A program made the translations under genes and the position numbers. Under the pieces are notes generated by a model. The model was not told the origin of the DNA, did no database searches, and saw nothing but the letters and a program-made list of their open reading frames with translations. 64,000 bases of DNA, taken from positions 21,824,001 through 21,888,000 of the forward strand of contig CDPCPM010000026.1 in the NCBI GenBank assembly GCA_976551045.1, in the 5' to 3' direction. Positions 27,391-40,834 of this stretch are shown here, one piece after another (the stretch's first letter is position 1; the number at the start of each line of letters is the position of its first letter). This stretch comes from Glaucostegus cemiculus. Taxonomy: Eukaryota.

Positions 27391-27771
27391 TTCATAAGTA
27401 ACAAAAAGATGGTGCCCTGATAGTGAGCAGGTGCCTGTCAATGCTATACTATAATTGACCACTAGGTGGTGCAGGAAAGTGGCCAAGGGCATTTTGACAT
27501 TTGGCTTTGTTGCCATGATTGGGGTAGTATATTGCCTTGATTGAACATTATTGAATGGATCAGCTGAAGTCACAGACACTTCGCATGGTGAATTTAAGAT
27601 TTCTATTGAACCAATTTTTTTCACCAGATAGCTGTATTTTTCCAATTCCATAAGTCACTGATTGGCAGTGTGCTTTTAAACCAAAATATATTCTGACATG
27701 GTTTGTTTTATAATATTGACAACTTCACCATGTAATATTAAAAAAAAGACAATTCAAAATTGGTAATGCAT

Positions 27772-28017
27772 GAGATGCTGGAGGAACTCAATGGATTAGG
27801 CAGCACCTGTGGAGAGAAATGGACAGATGACATTTTGGGTCAGGACCCCTCATCTGAACTGATTGGGTCAAGATCCTTCATCTGAGTCCAGATATAGGGT
27901 CTCGACCCAAAATGTCGACTGTCCATTTCTCTTCATAGATGCTGCCTGACCCGCAGAGTTCCTCCAGCATCTTGTGTGTTGCTCCAGACACCAGTATCTG
28001 CAGCCCCTTGTGTCTCC
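27772..28017. repeat. Penelope-type terminal repeats as an inverted pair
   Basis: Left arm 'agatgctggaggaactc...ggacagatgacattttgggtc' is the imperfect reverse complement of right arm 'gacccaaaatgtcgactgtcc...gagttcctccagcatct'. Confidence 0.85.
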
Positions 28018-29559
28018 AAAATTGGTAACGGATGCTTTTGTATGGGTGTATGATAGACAGCTGGTATCTTAGCAATTAAAAGGTTTTGTACTCAAATGCC
28101 ATACTGAAAATCTTAGAAATTATGAGCCTGTACAAAAAATTATCATCACATCTAGTATGCTGGTTATAAAAGCCTAACTACTGTTTCTTTAGGGAAGGAT
28201 CTTCCACCCTTCCCAGGTCTGGTCTACATGCAATGCCAGAGTGTAGCTGGCTCAATTCGGCCTCTGTTAATCATTTTTATAAGGTGGCAGTGGCTGAATT
28301 TTCACTGTCCATTCCTAATTGCAATAGGAGCTGTCAGACCAGATTTGTTGTGAAGAGGAGCTAAGAAACATCAACTATTGAGTGCTAATTTGAGGCAGGA
28401 ACCTTTCAAATGAGGTGTTGGGCTCTAGGTGTTCCAAATGTGGGTCAGACAATTTGTGATGGACTCTGAAAGAAATTATTTATACATCAGCTGCTAAGAA
28501 AAAAAATACTTTCTTCGAAAGGAACTTTCTGGATTATGCCTGACTGTTGTCTTATAGGAAGATTTATTTCCTTCAATAGTAGTTTCAGCTGCTATTTTGA
28601 GAGAAGGTGGGTGTTCCCTGGCGTGACTACATACACTGGCTTTATTTGACAATTCCTGTGACTGTATTTATGGAATTGGCAAAACTTGGAATTTTGATAA
28701 AGGAATGCTTGATACGCTTTCCTTAATTATATAAAATACTGAGATTAGCACTCAGAATTACAGAAGGCTTCAAAATGCCAATAAGTGAAGCAAATCAGTG
28801 CCAAAACTCAAAATGTTCTGAAGGAGCTTGGCTGCATGGAAAATAGATTTAATTCCTGCAGTATATATCTATCTTCTTCAGTGACCCTTGAACAATAATG
28901 CCATTGATTGTGGTTTTGTATACTGTAATAAAAATAATTAAACTCTGGATATGTCCATGGCTTGGTTAACAACAAGTGCATCTACCATTGAAACTTCTTG
29001 CCTCACTCATCTTCACGTGACACGATAACATCCTTGAGATGTGCAATATATTGTGGGTTGGTGCCTCCATAAGAATTACACCATGTGATCAGCTGCTCTC
29101 TACATTGTTCAATGTTGTTTGGTATGGAACTTGTCAGAGAATCTATTTGTCTCTGTAGAGAATGCCACAGTAAGAAGCCTTGACACTGAAAGCTTTTCAT
29201 TATTTAATAGAGCACCTTGTTTGGTAGTTTGAATCAACAATCATCATTCAGCATCTTAGAGAGAGAAGGATACTGAGAAATTGTGTCAGGGATGCAGATT
29301 AATGAATTTAGATGCCATGCCTGATTCAGAATACTGAATACTGGGTGTGATCCTTCCAAACTGAGATAACATGTAGATGTGCAGTGAGACACAGTGAGCT
29401 ATGTGATTTACTTGAATAATACACAATGGAGTAAATAAAACTGCCTGATCTGCTTGATTTTTAGGTACATACAGTAACGTCCAGAGACTAGGGACTAGGG
29501 ATAGTGGAAGAAAAATTTTGCAACGCATGCTGTCCAGAGTAGATAAACTAGGGCAGTCT

Positions 29560-31520
29560 AAACAAATCCTTGGAGAATGCACTAGATGCATCGACATTGC
29601 AAGCCACCAAAAAATGAAAATGTTGACAGTTACTGGTTCTTTACACAACTGTAAGAGCAGGGAGAAACTTTTAATACTTCCTTAACAGAGCTTTCAACAA
29701 ATAATTGCAGTTTTGCAGTATTGAAGGACTCAGTCATTAGAGATAGAATTACTGGTGGAATCCAGGGGACCAACCTGAGGAAACAGCTACTATATGAGAC
29801 AGAGTTAACTCTACAGAAGTCCATAAGTTTCTGGACTACCCAGTGCCTGGACAGAAATGTGGAACAGCCATTGTATAGGATGAAAAGGACATCAAAGATT
29901 CATGGAGTGGATGAGATGAGCTCTGCAGGGAGGTAGGAAGGGTCAGATTCAGAGTACCAGTTGGAAACGATGTACCTGGTGCCAAACAAAGTTTAATCCT
30001 GTAGAAGGAGCATTCAGTTGATGTATCTATGACATAACATTAATGCCAGGACATCCAGTGATATTTCAGCTTGACCTGGGGACAACTTGTGTTGCCAAAG
30101 CAAATCAACAATATCCATATGATACTGTTAAAACGTATGCCACATTTCTGTCAATGTAAAAGACTACACTAAAGGGAAAATATCCTCTGAAGATGGTGAG
30201 CCCAAAGAATCAGAATATGGATCCAATTGTAGTAGACCAGAAAGATGTCACATCTGGACTTGGAAGTAGTACAATACAGCAGATGGGACTGATAAATTTA
30301 CACCGTGACAGGATCGTGAAGATTGATTCAATGCAAGCAGTCACTTCAGCCGCACAGCACGCAGATGAATATGCAGATGTTTTCCATGGAACAGGGAAAA
30401 TAGAAAACAAGTATCAACTGGTCCTAGATGAGAGGAAGCTGTCAGTAGTACACTCACCAGTACCTCTCAAGGTGAACTTAAAGCTGAATTGGAGAGACTG
30501 AGCAAGACAGAGTTGGTAGTTCTGGTAGATACAACTTACCCTGGGATATTCAGTCTGATTTATGTTGAGAACTTAAGTGGTAAGGATCTGCATGGACCCA
30601 GGGGACCTTTGTGGAGCCATGGCTTTATGAGGAAGACAGAAGGTATTTTGCCAGATCTGAGAGGAATAAAATTTTCAGTGTGTTGGATGGAAAGAATGGG
30701 ACTTCAATGAGGAGAGCTCACATCTATTTCAATGCAACATTTCTTAGGTATTGTTGGAGAAGACTGCCTTTTGGAATCAAGACCATAGACCATGTACAGA
30801 AGAGAGACTTTCAGATCTCTAAAAAGGAACAAGCAGAAGAAAATACCTGGATGAGCTTTGGGCAAAAGTCATATCAGTTCTGTTCTACTTAGAGAGGAAA
30901 GTGTATCTGGTGATAGCTTACTATTCTTCAAGTTTTACAAGATAGACTTTGTAGAGAACAACCGTTCATTGCTGGCCATTTGCAAGCCCGAAGGACTGTT
31001 TGCCTTGAGGTGCTGACCTCAGATAATGGACTTCAGTTCACAGCAGACAACACTGAGAGTTTTTTAAAGGGCTGGATACATCAGGTAGCTTTTCACAGAG
31101 AAATGGAAAGGCAGAGAACAAAGTGTAGATGGCTAATACACTGCAGAGCAAAACCAAATTATAACCGTCAGATCCCTCCTTCAGCATCCTAGCCTTCTGC
31201 AGTAACCAAGCCAGAGGGATGATGAGCAGAGCCATGGAGAGACTTAGGATCAGAGAAACCACAACTCTGCTCCTAACAACAGGAATCCTGCTGGGACAAA
31301 AAGTGAAAAACAATGTAGGAGAAAAGAGTCAGCCAAAAAAAGACAGGCACACTGCTACAACAGAGATGTTACAGACACCGTCAAGAGCTGGAGACACACT
31401 CAATCAGATGGACAGCAGCTGTGGCTAAAGGTAATGGTGACTTGACACATCAGACAACAGATCAGAGAGGTCATGTTGGAGGATGGCATCCCATATCAGA
31501 GGAACTGTGTGGACTTTGTC
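29560..31520 (+). mobile_element. Decayed Ty3/Gypsy LTR retrotransposon internal region
   Basis: In order: gag 'IRDRITGGI...LRKQLL...LTLQK', protease 'FQLDLGTTC' (30064), RT 'YADVFHG', 'IFSVLDGKNG' and 'RYCWRRLPFGI', integrase 'YLVIAYYS' and 'LTSDNGLQF'. Many frameshifts; RNase H and LTRs not seen. Confidence 0.9.
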
Positions 31521-31654
31521 AGGTTTGTATTTCAGTGGAGAAAATCACCATAAAAATAATACTGTCTTCCTATTTAATGATGTAACCTTGTTGATGTTAG
31601 TGTGACTTTCTATTTTTCAGGATCTTTGTGAGAGAGAAAGTTATACTGCAAACC

Positions 31655-31745
31655 TGCATCTGTTCAGAATCTAACATAAAAACAGAAAATGCTCAGCAGG
31701 TATAGGATCATCTTGCTCCACAGATGCTGCCTGATCTGCTGAGAA
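31655..31745. repeat. Penelope-type terminal repeat fragments (inverted)
   Basis: 'ataaaaacagaaaatgctcagcagg' followed by 'ctccacagatgctgcctgatctgctgag'. Confidence 0.65.
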
Positions 31746-32019
31746 TTTGGTTAGTATGTATTGAAGTGTTGGATCATATGACCAACTGATTCAACCAAAA
31801 AATAGCTTCCAATGATGTCATAGGCATCAATGTGAAACAAAATCAATCAGCATGGATTAACAAATTGATGCTTTGTGCAATTGTTTTTTTGGGCTTTTCC
31901 CTTAATATAATGCAACAGATTAGTTCCATTAAGATAGCATGTATCTAATTATATGTAAGAAGACTGGAGTTAAACTATATCATATGCAGTCTCAAGTGAT
32001 TGTGTGAGGGATTACTGCT

Positions 32020-32170
32020 GGCTGTTTTAGACCTCCGGGTTTTAGTGTGCCTAGTAGCCTGAATAATATTACCAATTTTGCATTCATATACACCCTCAAC
32101 AAGCTGATTGCATTCAGGACCTTCATTGAACAAATTGGGCGGCAGTTTCTGGAGTTAAACACAGAAATCT
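32020..32170 (-). mobile_element. Possible old Penelope GIY-YIG C-terminal relic
   Basis: 'VFNSRN...MKVL...ILFRLLGTLKPGGLK' resembles the PLE motifs HFNS...IFRLGTL.P.GLN. Confidence 0.4.
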
Positions 32171-33087
32171 GGAAGTTGCAGTTTGATTTTCCCAGCTCCT
32201 CCACAAGCTGGTACCTCACTAATAGACTTAACATTCAAATCAGTGTAAGAATGACAAGTTGATATTCTTACATGTGAGGCACCTATTAAACTTGTTAGAG
32301 AATTTAAGGCTGGTGTACAGTACTTAGGATTTTTTAACAGTGAGATAAGTCTTAATTACTGTTGAACTATGAACCCTGAAATATTAATTTTACAAATATG
32401 GAGTCTCATTCCTTCAGAATCCTTCACTACTATTAGATTTTTTTAAAAAAGTAAAGTAAAACATTAATATTCAATATTTTCTTTCAGTTTTTAAAATCTC
32501 CAAACCTTCCTCCTCTTTTTATTTTTGAATATGATTTTACAATAATTTATACATTCTAATTTCTACTTGCTGATTTAGACTCTGGCAGGGTTCAGGGAAG
32601 ATTCTTCAATACAAGTAACTAACCACCTCCCCATCACCCTGTTCCCTCACCCAGTTGGATTCCTTCTCATGGGTTCAGTGCTAGAAAGAATTTCAAGGAA
32701 CTTCTGCACAAAGATTTGCACAAATGTCCGTGGGCAGGAGTAAGTACAATGAATGATGAGCAGCATTCATTAACCTTTGAACATAAGATCTGGGAGATTG
32801 GGTGCAGACTAGATAATATATTACAGTTTTTCATAGCATTGCTACCTAACAGAGAAGGTGCGTCCCAAGATTTCATACATTAGAATAAACCTTTTGAAAA
32901 GTTAAGGTCCATGTCTGTTCCAAGATGCTCCTATACCTGGGGAGTCACAGCATCTGGGAAACAGGATAAAGTTATTTCTCTCCCCTTTATAACTTCTATC
33001 ACCTTTTAATCTTAGCTTTCACTCAATGACAACACCTACTTCTTAATCATAGGGTGAGGGGTTCAAGCCTCAAACCAGTTATTTTAG

Positions 33088-33170
33088 CATCAGTTCTGAT
33101 GCAGGGTTTTGACCGGAAATGTCGACATTTCCACAGATGCTGCTTGATCCACTGGTTGCTTGTTGTTCTG
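33088..33170 (+). repeat. Penelope-type terminal repeat with degenerate hammerhead motif
   Basis: CAGTT-CTGATGC-AGGGTTTTGACCG-GAAA-TGTC-GAC followed by 'ccacagatgctgc'. Confidence 0.75.
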
Positions 33171-34354
33171 GAATGATTTGGTGTTCTTTGGTTGTGTCTT
33201 ATCTATTTATTTATCAATCAGTATAGCTGTGGTTGCCCAGAAGGATTTTACCTTTCTCTTTATCTCCTTCACATGATTGAAGAGTTCTAGTAGAAAGGTA
33301 AACTTGCAGCAAAGTTCACCAAAGGACCCAATAAATCTTTAAAGTTTTCCCAAACTGCAGTCATATAATCTGGAAAATTTAGCTGGCAAGTGATTTGTGT
33401 AACAAACAATGAAGCATTTTCTTGAGAGAGGGAAGAGAGAAGGTGGGGAATTGTGTAATTACTTTGTAGTATTCTGTCTATGCAGCTGGGTGCTCAGGTG
33501 GACATGTGGGTTCAGTGGCTTCTGAATAATCTATTGCCATTACTATCAGTTTGTTTGATCAATGTAAGCTTTCCACCATGAGTTTGTTACCATAGAGTGC
33601 ATATGAGGAAGTTTGCAGGCTAATTGCGATTCATAACACATGCTTTTTGCAGGCAAGAATAGTTTCAGATTTAATGAGACCCAATCTCATTGACCACTTG
33701 ATAAATGTGAGTGGGGCAAAATTGCACTCTTCATTCTATTGTGATTGAATTTTGCAATGGCACGGGAGCTTGATTTGTATGAAGAGGCGGTTGGTGACAG
33801 TGCAAATATCCATTGAACAGATCAAGGCTCTTGCATAATCTATTGAATATGCATAGTAGAAGTATCAATGTTTGTGTCATCACCACCCCTTCATCCCCCA
33901 ATCTGCACCTACACCACTACTACTGTCAATAGTTGAACACCATCCCTATGGTTTTAAAATAATTGGAAGCAAAATATTAATTGCCTTTAAATTGCCTGTT
34001 GGTCATGTAAGGTGTGCTATTTAGTAATCTGCAAGTGCAAAATATACATTTGTACCAGCATATCATATTTAGAGCTATTGACTGGGGATGAATTTCAAGG
34101 CAGACATAGTTGTGACAGATGTAGCAATGTTCATCAGGAAGATTAAGCATACTGATGTTGAGGGATTTATGTATTTGATTCAAACACTTAAAATCAAAAA
34201 TTTCTGTCTGAGTAAAGCTCATCACCAGCCTGCCTGTCAGGGCTCATACAGTCCGAGAGTTTTGCCATCTGCACTCGGAAGGAGTTGGTGACTGCAGAGA
34301 ATAACAGCCTTCTGCTGTTCGATTTGTACAGGAGTGAGAAGACAATGACCTTCT

Positions 34355-35190
34355 GACTCAAGCCTCAATCCAGGGCCCAGAACACAAAATTCAGGCTGAT
34401 AGCTGAGGGGTGGTGCACATCATAGGTTTTCAGTCAAACCTTTGAAATAAAGCACCATCAGCCTTCCCAGGTAAACATAAGGATCTCTTGTAGTATTTCA
34501 AAGAAAAGCAGAGGTTTCTTCCTTGATGTCCTGGACAATACTTATCCCTCAACCAATAGCGAAAAAACAGATGTGCCTGGAGAATCAATTGTATGATACT
34601 TTTTTTTCAGTTACGCAATTTAAAATAGATTTTAGTTTTCTGAAGTGTAATGAAATAATGATCATTTCCAGGTGTTATTTTGCTGCTCTGGAAAATCGAT
34701 CAAGCTTTTCCTGGTGCATAATACCTTTGCAACCCTGAAGTGATTTCAGCCTTGGTCTGCAAATGATGATGTCATTTCCTGTGCAAAACTCCTGGAATAT
34801 TGCAGAACTTGGAGCGTGTTGACTCCTCCTACAGCACCACTGGGTTTGTGGCCACAGGCCATCCTGAAACCAGCCTCGGAATGGTGTACAGGACAGCATA
34901 TTTTCAATGCTGACACACATGCAATGCCCAAAGAGCTATCAGCTCAAGTGGTTTTTGGTGCACAGCCACTCTGGCCATCTAGCATACCCACTAGTGTGCA
35001 CCAGAATTTCTGGACTATTATCTGGTCATTATCTTATAACTATTTGTAGAACTTCTTTTGTACAAAAGGCTGTTGTAGTTTCTGCATTGCAACATAAATA
35101 CAATTCAAAGCACTTCATTATGTGTATGGAGCTTGTAGATACTGTGGGGTCCTGAAACAACACCGTATAAATGGAGGTTTTTCCTTTTCT
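34355..35190 (+). mobile_element. Degenerate Deu-domain SINE (body about 34355-34575, probable tail about 35015-35190, interrupted)
   Basis: 'caggtaaacataaggatctcttgtagtatttcaaagaaaagcag...tgtcctggacaatacttatccctcaacc' matches the Deu domain as recalled and the copies at 56270 and 57520. Confidence 0.7.
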
Positions 35191-36269
35191 TTTCAAACCA
35201 ATGGCTTTGTGATTTTTTTCCCCAATATTGATTGTGGCAGTGTTGTAAAGTGAAGAGGATTGATTCCAAAAAGCAGGAAAATGTTAATTATAATGTTCCA
35301 GGAGAAGGGACCCATTTCCAAATACAGCACTTGGTCAGACACCAAAGTGTTAACTTTTTGTATTAAAAGAATCTTGCATGATAGTAGCTAATTTTCAAAC
35401 CAGTACCCATATGACGAATGTTACTGAGTGGATTTTCACTTTAGAACCCACAAACAGCTTTAGGGCTAAAGGTTATCAGCTCAGTTCAGTTGGATAAATT
35501 ATACTTATCATAGATGCCATTATGAATGCTTTATTTACACATTTATTGAACTTTTGCACTAGGTTTTTGTCTTGATATATTTGTTGCCAAGATTCAGCCC
35601 GTTACTGGCTCATTGTGTTTGTTAGGAAAGTCTCAGCACAGATTAGGGAAGGATGAGTGAACAGCTTGGATGTGACTTGTTCCTTTAATCAGGAAATAGT
35701 TTATTTGTGGTTTCAAATATTTTGGTCTCAACATTTCTGTTGCATAGGTCAACATTTTTGAGTGTTACGTGAAAGAATTTAATCAAAAACCCGATCGCAG
35801 TGAAAATCCAATTGACCCAGAACTGCCCAATAACAGTTGCTCCCAGGATAACTTGGAATAACTTCTCCCATGGTGCTCTGAAAGGGACTATTGTACAAGG
35901 CATGACATCACTTGTTGTGCGTGTGATGTGGAAAGTACTTCAGCTGCACGTGTGATTCAGGCAGAGAAGAGCCCGTTCTGCTGTTCGGACTGACACGAAG
36001 TGATGTGGAAATGTTTCAAATCATGGTGAGTGCATTTTCAATCATGTACAGCTGAAATAAACTGAACTAGGAAACCAAATTTCTAAGCTTATGAATGAGG
36101 CCTCTGCTGCTAAATTCAGTTGGACTTCTGTGTTGCCACCACAGGGACAGGTCTTGCTCTCTTTCTGCCTCCCTATAAATACCAGAACTCACACTTGTTG
36201 AGAATGAAAATTTGCTTAAAAAATTGCCTGGTAATTGTATGGAATAAGTGCTTTTGGCTGTTCAGTAGC

Positions 36270-36545
36270 TCAGGCCTGACTATTGTCCAGGTTTGGCTGC
36301 AGGCAGGGATAGCTGCTTCAATATCTGAGGAGCTGGGAATATAACTGAACATTGTTTAATACAAATATCTCCACTTCTGACCATATGATGGAAGGAAGGT
36401 AATTGAAGAAGCAATTGAGGGTGACTTAGGTTCAGATATTGCCCTGAGGAACACCCTCAGTGATGTTCTGGGGCTGAGATACTTGGCCTCCAACAACCAC
36501 AACCTCCTTCCTTTGTAGCAGGTATGAATCATGCCAACAGAGAGT
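36270..36545 (-). mobile_element. Second LINE family RT fragment
   Basis: 'SYLLQRKEVVVVGGQVSQPQNITEGVPQG' RT motif; shares sequence with 51740-51830. Confidence 0.8.
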
Positions 36546-37409
36546 CTTCTCTTCAGTCTTTATGGCACAATACACCCGATGTATTCCCTGTGACTGGATC
36601 ATGTTTACTAATGTCACATAAATGATTTTGATCATTATTGTGTTACTATTTGTGTGAGTTTGCTGCGTGAAAATTTGCTTTTGATTCAAGCAGAGGCACC
36701 AGTGTCTTCTCAGTGGAGCAGCAAGTTAGGGGATTTAATGTGGTGATGGCATCATACTTGGAGACTGCATCACCCATGTTAATCTGCCCCATAGCAATTG
36801 TTTTAGATAAAAGGATTCTATTTTCCCATTAGATTTGTATAAATATTCCTATTTTATCTTCCTATAATATATCTTTGAAACAACTTTTAAACTAAGTGTT
36901 GGGATTGTGCAATCCAGACAATGTTAATCTAGTTTCATTGTTGATTCCAGTTACCTAACCATCAACCACCTCTTTCATGATTTAAAAGAAACTCATTTTC
37001 TTTTCTCTGTCATGCATTTTATGCCTTCCTGTTGAATGGATGCTCTCCTGGAAATCCTTCCAGCCACATAACGGAGCTCCAGTGAGTGTTCCCTCATTTC
37101 CCAGACAGGCATCCCATCTCTGGCCATTTTCAGTTGGGACATCCACTGGTGGCAGAAAACCTTGGTCCTCAACCTTCATGACTAGTTCCCCAAATCAAGA
37201 AATGGGATTTAGTTGTCTGTTCGCAGCTTCCACACGCAAGGTTTGTGTCACAGATATTTTGCTCAACGATTTGCAATATTGAAACAGAAGCCCACACAAA
37301 TTTGCTACTTACCTTTGGACACAGAAGTTCAATTCAAGTTACAAAATTTGGTTCACAACAAGGCTTTTAGCTAAGTCAACAACAGAATAATCTTCACCTC
37401 AGATCTTTT

Positions 37410-37690
37410 CAATAGCAACAACTCACTTCTGTATAGTTCCTTTAATGTAGGAAAATGTCCCCAAACAGGAGAGTTATTCGTTTTGGTTTATTATTGTCAC
37501 TTGAGAAGAAACTTGATATCAACTCATTTAAAGCAGGTGACTAAAAGCTGAAACTAAAAATTAGTTTATGTACCATCATGAAAGAAGAGAGGCAGAGGGG
37601 CAGAAAGGTTAGAAAGGGAATTACTGAGGTTTGGACCTTGAAAGCTGAAGTCACAGTTGTGAATGGTGGAAATATAAATATCAGGATGGG
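37410..37690 (-). mobile_element. L2-type LINE 3' tail relic
   Basis: 'caacaactcacttctgtatagttcctttaatgtag' is the reverse of an L2-like 3' end, similar to 'gtgctatataaatgcaagtagctgtt' at about 17230. Confidence 0.5.
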
Positions 37691-39776
37691 CAAGTAACTC
37701 GAATTAGAGAAATACAGAAGAGCTTGTTTAGAAGTATTAGATTTCTAAAACATCTCCCTACAGTAGAGGCAACATATTCCAGAACTTTCATAGAAATGAT
37801 TTTAAATGGAACATGAGGTGCAAGAAATGCCAGCATTAGACAGGCCACCTGATGGGGAGCTGAAGTAAAAAGCAAGGCAATCCTGCACCAGTACTGGTCT
37901 AAAGCACAGTACTATATTGTTTTGGTCTCATGCTAGCTTATAACCTAGAGATGTGCTTGCTCCTGAAGACCGGTTATGAAATGGAACATCCTTTACCATA
38001 GACGAATGATGGCTGCTATGGGTGTTAAGGAAAGAACAGCCATGGTGTAAGAAGGAAAATCAATAACAATAGAGTGTGCTACTTATACTGTGTGGCTCAA
38101 TAACAGAAGGTTGAAGGTTCAGTAATGTGATTCTCCTCAAAGGTGTTATTTTGATCTTTTGCATTTCCACTGCATTCTGTTGCTTAGTCTTCACAGAATA
38201 ATGGCATTAAACAGCTCTATAAATGCATGAAGATGTAAAACTTGCCAGATATTATATTTCACATTTAAAATGAAGTGGATACAATTGAAATTGTGTTCAG
38301 AAGCTCGTAAACTTGCCAGTAAATTTTGAGGTAAAACACAAAAATGTTTTGAGCTCCAATTAACAGGTCAGTGAGGAACCCATTTGCTGAGTGACAACTT
38401 ATTTTTTAAATGAGTTAACTGTTTCATTTAAGTTGTTTTAAATAACAAACACACTGTGCCAAATCCTTTAGTGAAATACATCTAGAATTAAATGATGGAT
38501 TTCAACAAAGGCAGTTAAATATTTGTTACAGTTAAGGAAATAATTATTATAGAAGATATCATTGGAAGTTTTGGCATTTAATGGTTACATGCTGCCTCCT
38601 TATATTTTGTCAATTTCATTACTGGGAAGGATATATAAATTATTTTTATTTTAGTTATGGAAACAAGTAGTTCTGAAATCTCCAAAAGACATTTACTATT
38701 CAGAATAACTAGCAAGAAAATGCAACAAAAGGTAATATTCTTGAGCTCCTGATTCCATTTGCTGTGTTCTTATGATTGTTAAATTCTTACTGCATGTTTT
38801 GCATTCATTTCTCTAAAGTTTACTGAGACATGCTGGGTAAAGGATAGAGAAAAATGTTTCTACGCGATTCACTGTTACTCTTGATTTGCTGTCAGATTAT
38901 TTAAAGAACAACTGACCTGATGAAAGAGCTCTTAACATTCTAACAGCCAACTATCAGAGATGTTAGCTAAGCTAATGGGTTGTGTGGAACACTCAATGGT
39001 TTTCTCTACTTCTTATGTACAAATTCTGCTTGAAAGTATTGTCCACTCCCCACTTTTGCTGATTTGATGCAAAGATTACATTGTTGTCAGCAGGGAGAAT
39101 GTCCACCAGTCTGGCCTCAGAGACACAACTGGCTGCAGGAGGTCACCAGAGGCTTGCTACTGAGTGCACCAATTATCTCCAAGCTGCTTTGAAGAGTCTG
39201 TCAGCTTCTCATATTACTGCAAACTTAAAAAGGGCATCATTATCGATCAGAGCTGGGAATCAAGTGGGTTCAAATAATCCTAAAACTGAGTAAACTCTTT
39301 TTTTCTATTTGCCTTGGTGCTTAAGAAGAACAAGCCACAGCAGTAAACTACAGCAGAAGGAGAAGTGAGAGGTCTGACTGGATGTTGTTAATAGTAACAC
39401 ACTGTGCAGGATGCTGAACAATTGTTTAATATATGAAAAGGTCTTCTTTACAGGCTTCACAAAAGTGTTTTATTCCAACTGCATCAAAGCACAGTCTGCT
39501 ATGACTCTACTAAATGCCTGACTTTGAATATCAAGAAGAGAATCTAAATCATACTTCCAGCACTGAAGTATGACTTGGGCTGATAAGAGCTTTGGGGGAT
39601 GAATCTAAACACTTTGCTTATCTGGCATAATGTCTTTGACATATTCCTGCCAACCTCAGCTTCAGAAACCTATATGTACATTTTGTACAATTACTTCAAT
39701 CGTATTTACATGAGGCTCGCTTTGTTTGAATTCGAACTCAACCATGGCTAAGGATACTTGTTAGAAAAAAGTCAGC

Positions 39777-39914
39777 TATGTTAACTGCTGCATAAATTGA
39801 ATCCATTGAATGATTAAATTCCCAAAAGGCACCACAGCCAAAAAATGGAGGTATGTTAACTGCTGCAAAATTGAATCCATATAGTGAGTTCAGTTCCCAA
39901 AAGACATCACAGCC
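39777..39914 (+). repeat. Diverged tandem duplication, period 75 bp
   Basis: tatgttaactgctgca..aattgaatccat...ttcccaaaag.ca.cacagcc at 39777-39839 and 39852-39914. Confidence 0.9.
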
Positions 39915-40834
39915 TGCTGTGTATGGCTAACAGAAAACAGCTCAGATATGATAAAGATTATACTTGTCATAAGATGATTCTTTCACAGAATAGAGTGACC
40001 CCAAAATTTGTACCTGCTGGTTTGCACTAGTGTTTGCCACTGCTGTGATCTATAGAGTCAGTAGAAGGGCACCTCATTTGTTTGGGACTAGCCAAGCCTT
40101 GGTGCCAACACTTGGTAAAGTTTGCACATATTGTAATGCCCATTTTTCATTGAAGCATTTCATTATGAGTGCAAGAGGTCTCAACCTGAGCAATTTCTGC
40201 TTCTGGGACATTGTTTGCTTATCCCTTTAATCACACTGCCTTATTCATTTATTTATGTAAGATTAGACCTTAGTCTGCTCAGGACCCTTGATGCAGATAA
40301 GATTCGTGTCAACTAATGGCTAATGGAATAATAGTTATCTCCAGGGCTTGTAACACTGAAATGGGAAAGTGCTGTTTCATATGTATAGAGCCTTGTCTTG
40401 TCCACTGCTACACTCAGATTTCTGTGGATGATCTAAGGAAGGATATGTTAACTGAGGAGGTGGTTAAGCACAGGTTTATTTGACCAATTTCATGGCTTTA
40501 AGGCTTAAGCAATGATGATAAATTGCATAAACCTGGCTTTTATTATTGAATTTAGTACAGGGGCGTGACAGGCAAGCCCATATTGTGCTGAAGGTAGTTG
40601 GAGTCTTGAAATGGGACATGAATCGTCTAGCTGCTGTTTCAACAGCTTATGAGTACCCTACCTTGTAAGGTTCACAGGCTCATCTCCACAGCTCTGTGAT
40701 GCCACTGCCCACATACCCTCCACACCACGGGCACACCAGGAGTCAGATTAGGCGGGTTGATTCTTCCAACAGTCTTCTGGCCAGCCTCTTATCTTCCACC
40801 CCCAAGCATTGTCATTCAAAATTCTAACTTACAC

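Noticed and set aside
39777-39914. Repeat-spacer-like pattern
   Set aside because: Only two diverged units in vertebrate DNA, with no cas genes; not CRISPR.
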